DNA of 64,000 nt from a virus. Its lineage: Duplodnaviria > Caudoviricetes. Under the pieces are notes generated by a model. The model saw only the letters and a list, made by a program, of their open reading frames with translations, was not told the DNA's origin and searched no databases. The DNA lies in IMG/VR virus record IMGVR_UViG_3300009678_000061, positions 5,364 through 69,363 of that record. One strand, written 5' to 3'. Of the stretch, positions 1 to 7,598 are shown one piece after another. Position numbers and translations under genes: made by a program. How positions within the stretch are numbered: the first letter of the stretch is position 1; each line of letters starts with the position of its first letter.

Positions 1-72
1 TGTGGACACGACCGCATCAGCGCCGCCCAAGGCTTCGTTGTCGGTGCTCTTGATGTTGATTTTCTTGTCCAC
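1..72 (-). CDS. Partial late gene running off the left edge (MDKKINIKSTDNEALGG...)
   Basis: GTG at 72 preceded by GGAG, directly after the stop of 82..417. Confidence 0.5.
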   Translation of the reverse strand, partial: MDKKINIKSTDNEALGGADAVVST

Positions 73-81
73 GGTTATCTC

Positions 82-417
82 CTACGGCTTCCGCCTGACA
101 GCCAGGCAGCGCCAACGTGTATCGAGCGTGAGCCGCGGGGCCGTTCTAATCGCCCAAATCTCACCAGCAGCTTGCGTAATCAGGTCAAGTTTCTTGGGTG
201 AGTAACTCCCCAGGGTTGCGTTCCATAAATGCCAAACGGCTGTCTCTTCGTCCAGCGCCACGCCTCCCAAGAGCATCAGGTCGCCTTTCGTTGGCGACAT
301 TCGTTTGCCCTTCACGGTTGGCAGCGCCGTTTGCGCTGGATTCTGCGGCGTGAATGTGACGGTCTCTACTCCCTCGATGTGGACATAATCGCCGGCAATA
401 TCGCTGGTTAGACTCAT
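82..417 (-). CDS. Putative head-closure / head-tail adaptor protein
   Basis: Size, position downstream of the capsid gene, ATGA coupling, C-terminal W-x-I...RWRC pattern seen in head-closure proteins. Confidence 0.5.
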   Translation of the reverse strand: MSLTSDIAGDYVHIEGVETVTFTPQNPAQTALPTVKGKRMSPTKGDLMLLGGVALDEETAVWHLWNATLGSYSPKKLDLITQAAGEIWAIRTAPRLTLDTRWRCLAVRRKP

Positions 418-611
418 TGGGCTTCCGACGCATATTCAACCGGGCCTTGCGCCGTAGCGATCATTGCGTCCAACTTTGCCATGCGGTCCATTAACGTGCT
501 GAACGTGATCGTCTCACCGTCTATCGAGTAGTCGGGCCTCCCCGCATTCGTAGCCAGCGCTGCCGCCAGCACATCGCGGGCGGTCTCCAGGTTTTCCAGC
601 CGAGTTGCCAT
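414..611 (-). CDS. Putative gpW-like head-tail joining protein (65 aa)
   Basis: Start moved to MATRLENLE (TAATG overlap with 611..2104). Helix, DYSIDGETITF hairpin, helix pattern resembles lambda gpW. Confidence 0.55.
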   Translation of the reverse strand: MATRLENLETARDVLAAALATNAGRPDYSIDGETITFSTLMDRMAKLDAMIATAQGPVEYASEAQ

Positions 612-2104
612 TACAGCGCATCCGGCACAAGCGCCGCTTGAACCGCTCCAAGTTTCGTGTAGCCAATCACCACCCATTTGTTGGTGGCGACGTACTGGCA
701 GTCGTACAGGTTCTCAGCCGTCAGCGCCGCCTCGTTGGTCGCACCCACCGTTACGTCGTTCACCTTGTCGGCGGCAGTCACGGAAATCAGTTCGCAGCCC
801 GTCGCGCCCACGAGAATTCTGATGCGGTCACCAACCGTAGCGGCCGGCAGGGAAATCTGCTTATTGGCATCATCCGAGGTGACCACCACGAGCGACGCGC
901 CAGCCGGGATAAGCCCCGTTGTGCCGCCGCCAACCGTGGCGGTGACGGCGGTTGAGGAGCGTACTTGGAAAGGCCCGGTGGAGATATTGAGTCCCGCGCC
1001 CTTGGGGACCAGGCTCAGGCTGATGTCGGTGTCACCGCCGGTCGCTGCAATTGTTGGCGCACTGCCGGTGGCTTTGTTCGTGATCGTGACTTCGTTTACA
1101 GCCGCCGCAGTCGCGGCCAGTGTCACCAGTTCGTTGCCGTTGGAATCATTCAGTTTCATCCCGCGGTCAGCGGTGGCCCCAGTGCCGTTGGCCCCGATCA
1201 TCACCGGATTGCCGGTCGTGGCATTGGTGACCTTTAGACCGTTGGTTGCGGATGCCACGGCGACGAACTCCAGAAGCTCGTTGCCGTTGGAATCGAGCAA
1301 ATTCAGTCCGATATCCGCTTCAGCGCCGGTGCCGTTGGAACCGATAGCCGGTGCTGCGCCAGTGGAGTTTGACAAGAACTTCAGTCCATTGACGGCGCTG
1401 GCGGTCTGTACGAAGTCGGCAATTTCGTTGCCGGCGGCTTTGACGAACAGCGTCGTGCCGCCCACTACATCCACAATGGCCGACGTGCCGTTGTGCGTGC
1501 CGATCAGCAGATAGTCGGTAGTCGGTGTGGTGTTACTGTGAACGTACAGCGTGGGATGCGTCGGGCTGGTGACGGCCCAATCCGTGGCAATCGCACCCTT
1601 GTCCGTGATATGCAACATCTGGCTGGTATCGCCCAACCCCACCACCAATGAATGATCGCTGGCGTCGCCCGTGGACCAGCGCAGCAATGCATCCTGGCTG
1701 TCGCCCAGAGCAACGTCCACGGCGTCGCCGACCGTCACGTCCGATGAATCCGGCTCGTTGCCGGCGCTGTTGACCGTTTGAATGGCGTTGCCATTGATGA
1801 AGAGCGTGTCGCCGACAGCCAGCGTGATCGTGGTCAGCACCACGTCAGTCTTTTTGATCGTGACCGTGACGGCTGCGGTGTCGCCGTTGTAGATCGAGAT
1901 ACTGGCAACGGCCAGCAATCCGCTGCCTGGCGCGGCAACCAAAGCAACTTCCGTCGCGCCGTCTAGGGAGCCAACATTATGTACGTTGTCGGCGATTACC
2001 GAATAGACGGGATTGGTTGTCGCCGCAGCCCCCGACATGACCGCCTTCAGTGTGTCCGCGGGAGCGAGCAAAGCAACGGCCGGAGCTTGTGCAAGGTGGT
2101 TCAT
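611..2104 (-). CDS. Virion structural protein (head fibre or decoration-like) with three ~49-aa repeats
   Basis: Rich in Thr/Ala/Gly. Repeats of the form A(V/T)NG/E..TN..TG.AP.I; a 17-bp DNA repeat at 1131 and 1278 lies 147 bp apart. Confidence 0.6.
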   Translation of the reverse strand: MNHLAQAPAVALLAPADTLKAVMSGAAATTNPVYSVIADNVHNVGSLDGATEVALVAAPGSGLLAVASISIYNGDTAAVTVTIKKTDVVLTTITLAVGDTLFINGNAIQTVNSAGNEPDSSDVTVGDAVDVALGDSQDALLRWSTGDASDHSLVVGLGDTSQMLHITDKGAIATDWAVTSPTHPTLYVHSNTTPTTDYLLIGTHNGTSAIVDVVGGTTLFVKAAGNEIADFVQTASAVNGLKFLSNSTGAAPAIGSNGTGAEADIGLNLLDSNGNELLEFVAVASATNGLKVTNATTGNPVMIGANGTGATADRGMKLNDSNGNELVTLAATAAAVNEVTITNKATGSAPTIAATGGDTDISLSLVPKGAGLNISTGPFQVRSSTAVTATVGGGTTGLIPAGASLVVVTSDDANKQISLPAATVGDRIRILVGATGCELISVTAADKVNDVTVGATNEAALTAENLYDCQYVATNKWVVIGYTKLGAVQAALVPDAL

Positions 2105-2122
2105 ACGGTCCCTTGTTCTCGC

Positions 2123-2629
2123 TTAGGACGCCAGGGACATTTTCTGCCGCTTGGCATTTTGTTCGGGAGTCTGGAATTCCTCTTCCCGCGTCAGCACTTG
2201 CAGATTGCCCTGGGAAACCAGGCGGCGGTTGTTGACCTTGTTGATCGCCTGCTGCTTGCGTGCGTTCTCTTGCAGGCAGACGGCGCGGAACGAGTACCGC
2301 GTGGGGTCGAGCTGCTTGCCGTGCTCATCGCGGTGCATCAAGCAGAATTGCCGGATGGCTTCGCTCTCGTCCACAGCGGTGATGTTGGTATCCGGGACTT
2401 TCGGATGCGGCGGCGAGTTGACTTCCAGCTTCGGCATGCCGACCAAGCTCACGTTAAAAGGCCAGGTGGGCTTGTTGCGCGTGGCGGAAACGACCGGCTT
2501 ATCCTCGCCGGCGCGCCGATCCGAACCTTGCGCGAACTGCGCCTCGGCGACATTGGCGCGCTGGTTCGCGGCGGCCAAATCGGCTTCCAGTTGCTTGATG
2601 CGTTCTTCGTTTGAGATCGACTCGGCCAT
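2123..2629 (-). CDS. Hypothetical head-region protein
   Basis: Clean ORF between the capsid and virion genes, with an N-terminal coiled coil. Confidence 0.6.
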   Translation of the reverse strand: MAESISNEERIKQLEADLAAANQRANVAEAQFAQGSDRRAGEDKPVVSATRNKPTWPFNVSLVGMPKLEVNSPPHPKVPDTNITAVDESEAIRQFCLMHRDEHGKQLDPTRYSFRAVCLQENARKQQAINKVNNRRLVSQGNLQVLTREEEFQTPEQNAKRQKMSLAS

Positions 2630-2648
2630 CGGTTTGTCCTTTTGAGAA

Positions 2649-3833
2649 TCAAGTGCACTTCACGACGTAACGCCAGTCCATGACCGCGGCGGCTCCGCGC
2701 TCACTGACCTTGTATTGGGCCACCACGTCGCGGTGAAACGCTTCATGCGAATCCGGCGGCGCTTGCCCGACCTTGACCGGCCAGTTCTCCATATAGGCAA
2801 ACGCCTTTCGGAAGTCGCCGATAAACCAGGTCGTTGCGCTTGAGGTGCGCCGGCTGACGTATTGGCTGCTCTTGATTTGCAGGTTGCCAATGCCGGGAAT
2901 ATTTTTCAGCGGGTTTGCGCCGACCGGGGCCGTGGCGTTGGCCGTATTGCCGACCTGGATTGCGTTCAGGATTCTTGCCGCGGTAGCGACCAGCGCGGTT
3001 GGGACGACGATCGTGTCCACGTTGGGCATGATTGGCTCGCCCGTGTTCGGGTCGCTGAGCGCGTCGAACAGGAGGATAGCGTTTTCGATATCCGTGTAAT
3101 CGACCAGGGTGTTCGAGCCAGCCAGGTTATCGCCGTCGCCTTGCGTGTGCGTGTCGCCGTAGGTCGCCTGCGCCGCCCCGCCGTTGCGGCGATAGCTGGT
3201 CGTGATACCCAGGCACATATCGAGGATGCGCTTCTCTTTGTTCTGCGCGATGCCTTCGCCGACGTTGCCGACGCGCTCCAGAAGAACGCCGGTGCGGTCA
3301 AAAAACACGGCTTCGCGGGTAACCGGCACGATCACGCCGCGCTTGATGGTGGCCGGCGTTTCGATCCATTCCTCGCTGACGCCTGCCAGGGGGTAGGGTT
3401 GGCCTTCCCCGATGCTGGCGGCCTGGTCCCCAACGCCGCCGATGCCGGCGATTTTCTCGCCATCGAACATGGTGGGGATGGTGGTGCAAAGGTCGTTGCC
3501 GATCAGGGACGGGGCGGTCCACTTCTCCAGCACCTTTGAGTAGACGATCTGCCCGGTGATGTTGCTGAAGTGCGACGTGCTGACCGCATCGGGCGCTTCC
3601 ATGAGGGAGACGGCCCCGTGCCCGCGAAAGCGCGGATCCCAGGTCTTGACGATGGACTCGCCATCCTCGACGAATGCTTCAAACAGGGCGCGAATCGAGA
3701 ACTCGGCGGGCTTGACTTCACCCTCGGCCAGCGCTTCGGTAAGCGCCGTGATTTCTTGATTCCGGCTCGCCTTGCCGCGCCGGACATCGTTCTCGGCGGA
3801 AATGAACCGGCGCTTGAGTTCGGTGTAATTCAC
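2649..3833 (-). CDS. Major capsid protein (HK97 fold, Mu gpT-like)
   Basis: 394 aa, downstream of the protease. STSHFSNITGQIVYSKVLE, IVVP..L and WF.GD motifs are typical of this capsid group. Confidence 0.88.
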   Translation of the reverse strand: MNYTELKRRFISAENDVRRGKASRNQEITALTEALAEGEVKPAEFSIRALFEAFVEDGESIVKTWDPRFRGHGAVSLMEAPDAVSTSHFSNITGQIVYSKVLEKWTAPSLIGNDLCTTIPTMFDGEKIAGIGGVGDQAASIGEGQPYPLAGVSEEWIETPATIKRGVIVPVTREAVFFDRTGVLLERVGNVGEGIAQNKEKRILDMCLGITTSYRRNGGAAQATYGDTHTQGDGDNLAGSNTLVDYTDIENAILLFDALSDPNTGEPIMPNVDTIVVPTALVATAARILNAIQVGNTANATAPVGANPLKNIPGIGNLQIKSSQYVSRRTSSATTWFIGDFRKAFAYMENWPVKVGQAPPDSHEAFHRDVVAQYKVSERGAAAVMDWRYVVKCT

Positions 3834-3960
3834 GAGCCTTGCTCCCGTTCTTGGGGGCGGCTCGTTACAATGCAGCTTCTCACGGCCGGCATTGGGCGAG
3901 CATCGCCCGGTGTTGGTAAGCCCTGGCGGGATTCGCGTCCCGTCAGGGTGTTTTCATTTG

Positions 3961-4683
3961 TTAGCGCTTCTGGAAGCAGCCGACGTAATCCACGGTGGCA
4001 ACTTCGGGGTTGGCTCCGCCGTTCTTGACGACGATGGCAATCTGCATTTCGGTGGCGGAGGTGTAGACAAAATCGTGCGTGGCCACGTGGACTTCATCGA
4101 TGAAGAAATCCACCTTCGCGTTGGTCGAGCTGTACGGCGTAAATTCGATGCGGAAAACATGGTACGACGTGTCGATCGTCTGGGCCGTGCCGTTCAGCGA
4201 AAGCGCCGCGGTCAGGTCCGTGGTGTTGCGCGTGGTGGCAACCGAGCTGATGCACTGCCAGCGCGTCCCGCCGTCAACCTTGTAGAATCCGACGCCCGAG
4301 AACGACGCCTTGGGGCCAGCGCCGTCATCAATCATGGCGTCCGCACCGGCCGCGTTCATCAGACCGTAGAACACGTTGGCATCGTCGGTGGCGACCTCGA
4401 CGTGCTTGGCGCGCACCTCGAATACCAGCGGCTTGTTGGCCGCGAACAGGAAAATCTCTTGGGTGGATTCGAGCAGCACCTCGTCGTTATCGGTCGAATC
4501 TTCCGTGCCCACTGTAAGCAGGCCGCCGGCTCCATCACCGGGAATGATGCCAGCGCCGCCGGCCACATCACTGACGGTCTTGGTCCATTCGTGCGGGCTG
4601 ATGAACCAATAGAAATCGTCGAAGATGCCAAAGACATCGCGACCTTCGAGGGCTTCCGGCAAACGCATGAGCGATACGGACAT
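3961..4683 (-). CDS. Capsid-associated protein (decoration or cement candidate), beta-rich
   Basis: Lies between protease and capsid genes; beta-sandwich-like composition. Confidence 0.5.
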   Translation of the reverse strand: MSVSLMRLPEALEGRDVFGIFDDFYWFISPHEWTKTVSDVAGGAGIIPGDGAGGLLTVGTEDSTDNDEVLLESTQEIFLFAANKPLVFEVRAKHVEVATDDANVFYGLMNAAGADAMIDDGAGPKASFSGVGFYKVDGGTRWQCISSVATTRNTTDLTAALSLNGTAQTIDTSYHVFRIEFTPYSSTNAKVDFFIDEVHVATHDFVYTSATEMQIAIVVKNGGANPEVATVDYVGCFQKR

Positions 4684-4718
4684 GATCGTTCCCTTGTGTC
4701 AGGGGAGTTATGATTTTG

Positions 4719-5867
4719 TTACCGCACCAGCGCGGCCCATTTCTTGGGAGTCTCGGCCGGCTTGTATTCGCCGGTGTCGGCTTCGGTGAGAGCGATGGTT
4801 CGCACGGGCTTGCCGCCTTGCGCCTGCCGCTTGGGCCAGCTTTCCACCAATGCCTTGCGGTCGGTTGCCGGCAGCAGCGTCAGCGCCTTGACGCGCAGGT
4901 CGCTGGCTTCGCGGTCCATCGATTCGAGCAATGCGCGGGCGGCGTTCTCCGCCTTGCTGGCGTCGCGCTCGGCAGTCAGCGTGTTGACTTGCTCCATCAG
5001 CAGCTTGACGCCAGGCTCTTTGGCGGCCAGCGTCTTGAGGCTTTCGCTGGCGTCGGCTTCTTCGGCCGGCGCAGCTGGGGATTCCTTCGTGTCTCCGCCG
5101 GACATGATCTTCTCCTGCGCGGTGAGGATGTCTTTGATTCGCTTGAGCTTGGCCTTGATGTCGCCTTCCTCGTCCAACACCTTGTTGATGGCGGCCTTGA
5201 AGGCGGCATCGATTTGCCCGTCCGCGTCTTCGTCGGCTGGCGGAGCTTCCATCGGCGCTTCGGCCATCATGGGGTCCATCTCCAGCAGCTTTGCGAGTCC
5301 CTTCACGCCCCAATGTTTCTTGTCCTTGACGGATTCGAGAACGGCCTTGATCGTGGTTTGCACCGGGGTATCCTCCGACTCGAAAATGCCTTGATTCGTT
5401 GCGGGGCGGCTCACCAGGTCCACGCTGCGGACGCGCGTTACGGATTCCACAATCGTCTTGCCGCGGAAGTTGGCGACCTTGCCATCGGCGTTGTGCGATA
5501 GTCCGAACGTCCTAGGGAATCGTTCGGCCCGCTCCAGCGTCATTTCCGTAAGCGGATGCTTGTCGAGATAGTGCAGGTCGCCGTAGACGCCATCGGCTTG
5601 CACCTTGGGGTCTCGGATGACGCCGATGCCTTCCGCCATGCCGCGCTCGGCGTCGGGCGTGGAACGCTTGGGATGATCGACGTTGACCGGCGCGCCGTCG
5701 TAGAGTGCGGCGGCTTCATTCAAAGCCCGGTCGCTGTACTCGCGATTGTTCTTGGATTGCTTGCCGAGAATCTTGACGTTGCGGATGATCTTGGCAGCGC
5801 GATCCACCTTGGGCGCTTCGGAAAACGCTTCTTCGATCAGGTGAATGGTGCCGCTCTTGCTCGCCAT
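4719..5867 (-). CDS. Prohead maturation protease with C-terminal scaffold region
   Basis: SKNNREY, VNVDHP (His) and FGLSHNA (Ser) motifs resemble T4 gp21-type proteases; acidic, helical C-terminal half. Confidence 0.8.
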   Translation of the reverse strand: MASKSGTIHLIEEAFSEAPKVDRAAKIIRNVKILGKQSKNNREYSDRALNEAAALYDGAPVNVDHPKRSTPDAERGMAEGIGVIRDPKVQADGVYGDLHYLDKHPLTEMTLERAERFPRTFGLSHNADGKVANFRGKTIVESVTRVRSVDLVSRPATNQGIFESEDTPVQTTIKAVLESVKDKKHWGVKGLAKLLEMDPMMAEAPMEAPPADEDADGQIDAAFKAAINKVLDEEGDIKAKLKRIKDILTAQEKIMSGGDTKESPAAPAEEADASESLKTLAAKEPGVKLLMEQVNTLTAERDASKAENAARALLESMDREASDLRVKALTLLPATDRKALVESWPKRQAQGGKPVRTIALTEADTGEYKPAETPKKWAALVR

Positions 5868-5950
5868 GCTCCTAAGTTAGAGCGAAGCGGCTGAGAATCG
5901 CTACGCACGTTTGCTATCGATTTGCAACGTGATTGTGGTAGAATCTCGGC

Positions 5951-6127
5951 ATGGAAACTCCAGCCGAATTCGGAAACCTGCTGCCAGACTTTGTGACGTG
6001 GCTCGACGGCTACTGGCCGGGCTGGCACAGCGAATACTCTGGAACCATCATTTCGATGCAGGATGCGTGGGTTGCTGGGCGGGCGCAATTGCTTGAAAGC
6101 GCCATGAAGGTTGAGTTCAAGCCGTAG
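5951..6127 (+). CDS. Small antisense ORF (58 aa, METPAEFGNLLPDFVTWLDGYWPGWHSEYSG...), moron-like
   Basis: Translated by hand, not in the ORF track. Fills the gap between protease and Zn-finger genes. Preceded by an extended -10 TGgTAGAAT at 5936-5944. Confidence 0.55.
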   Translation: METPAEFGNLLPDFVTWLDGYWPGWHSEYSGTIISMQDAWVAGRAQLLESAMKVEFKP

Positions 6128-6293
6128 GTCGTGCCCGCTTCGTCGTGTATTTGCAGCGCGGATTCGTGCATTTGTAGTAAGTAATCTTGTCGCTCGCCGA
6201 ATACGAAAGGCAGCGGCACTCGCACAGCGGGCAGATGATGAGCAACTCGCCTTGACGCGGCCGGCGTGTTTTCTGGCTTTTCACGGCTATCAT
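6117..6293 (-). CDS. Small C4 zinc-finger protein (Ogr/Delta-like)
   Basis: CPLC...CTNPRC; ATGA overlap with the MuF-like gene. Confidence 0.6.
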   Translation of the reverse strand: MIAVKSQKTRRPRQGELLIICPLCECRCLSYSASDKITYYKCTNPRCKYTTKRARPTA

Positions 6294-6994
6294 GGCACTC
6301 CTGCCGGAATCGGTTGATACTCCAGGAAGCAATCGCAGTTCGGATGAAGCGGCGGACCGCTCGGCGCTTGCAATCCCCACACGCTTTCATCCTGATCCAA
6401 CAGCGGCGTGCAAATCGGGCACGGCTTCACTTCCGCCCCGGCGTGCCCCTTCGGTCGATACCGCGAGTGCCGCCAGATAGCTTTGATTCTCACGCCGACC
6501 GCCTGCTGGTCCCGCCTCCAGACTTCCCCGGCGTCCGTCTGAGCGCGGCCCGTTTCAAACGTGGCGACCTTCTCCGAACGCGCCGGCCCGAAGATCGACG
6601 TGGCCCGCTCAGTGACTTCCCCCTTGGCAATCCGCTCCCCTGCTGACGCTCGCTGCGCCCAATCGGTGCCGGCTGTCCGCAGCATATCCCGGCTGGTGCC
6701 AGCGAACGATGACGCCGCCTCGCCGCCTCGCGTGGTGGCGAACTGCTGCCCCCGCGGGTCCACGGTTTCCAGCCCGTGCAGGTCCGCCGATTCGCTCCAT
6801 AGCAGCAAGAGCACCACGGCAAGCTGCGCGTTGGCCTCTTGCTCGACGCGCTGCCAGAACTCTTCCGGTACGCGCGCGATGTCCGGCGGGTCGCCCAGCA
6901 GGTCAATCAGTTCGTGCCGGAACTGGCTGGTCGAGCGCGCGAAGCGAGCTGCGAAACGTGATTCAAGTTCGGTGCGGTTTCTCAGCTCGGCCAC
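6290..6994 (-). CDS. Head morphogenesis protein (MuF / SPP1 gp7-like)
   Basis: C-terminal PCPIC..L and PPLHPNCDC motifs. GTG start at 6994 chosen because the longer ORF overlaps 6982..7293. Confidence 0.8.
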   Translation of the reverse strand: MAELRNRTELESRFAARFARSTSQFRHELIDLLGDPPDIARVPEEFWQRVEQEANAQLAVVLLLLWSESADLHGLETVDPRGQQFATTRGGEAASSFAGTSRDMLRTAGTDWAQRASAGERIAKGEVTERATSIFGPARSEKVATFETGRAQTDAGEVWRRDQQAVGVRIKAIWRHSRYRPKGHAGAEVKPCPICTPLLDQDESVWGLQAPSGPPLHPNCDCFLEYQPIPAGVP

Positions 6995-7293
6995 GTATAC
7001 TGCACTCCATCCGGCAGGTCGAGAATCGTCCCTGGGGAGAATCGCACCGCACCGCATGGTTCCGGCTTGCTGGGCGGATCCCAATTGTTGGGGTCGTTCC
7101 AATCTGCATTGCCCGTCGCTCCCGTCCAGCGAACGACACTTCCGCCCAATTGATACGTGCCGCCAATGGGTTTTGGAGTAAATGGAACGCAGCGACAGCA
7201 GACGGGTTTGCTTTCCTTTGGTCCCGCCTTCATCGCCAGCGGAGCACACAGCGCAGCCGCAATCCGGGCCAAGAATGAACGTCGTTTCAACAT
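6982..7293 (-). CDS. Small protein with twin-arginine-like signal
   Basis: MLKRRSFLARIAAALCAPLA at the N-terminus; WTGATGNADWNDPNNW motif. Confidence 0.55.
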   Translation of the reverse strand: MLKRRSFLARIAAALCAPLAMKAGPKESKPVCCRCVPFTPKPIGGTYQLGGSVVRWTGATGNADWNDPNNWDPPSKPEPCGAVRFSPGTILDLPDGVQYTWPS

Positions 7294-7595
7294 AGAATCT
7301 CCTGCTCTGGCATATCGTCACCCAGAAGTGCTGTTGCCAATCGTTCCCATAACTCCAGTCGCGTTGCGTAGACCTCATCGGAAGCGTCATGTGCAAGGCT
7401 TCCGGGGTAATTCAGGCCGGCGGCTTTGAATAGATCGACCAGAGCATTCTTGGCAGCTTCGCGATGCTCTGGCCTTACCAGTTCAAGCGGGCCAAACTTG
7501 CGTGAGACTTGCTCTCTCTGCGGAGGCAATATCAACACGGACGGCTTCACATCGCATTCAGCGGCTAACCGCCTCATGGTGTTTTCTGTAATCAT
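7287..7595 (-). CDS. Hypothetical protein
   Basis: Coupled ORF between the portal and MuF-like genes. Confidence 0.55.
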   Translation of the reverse strand: MITENTMRRLAAECDVKPSVLILPPQREQVSRKFGPLELVRPEHREAAKNALVDLFKAAGLNYPGSLAHDASDEVYATRLELWERLATALLGDDMPEQEILC

Positions 7596-7598
7596 CTT

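Noticed and set aside
6994-7396. N-terminal extension of the MuF-like ORF to 7396
   Set aside because: Overlaps two better-supported ORFs; GTG at 6994 gives normal coupling
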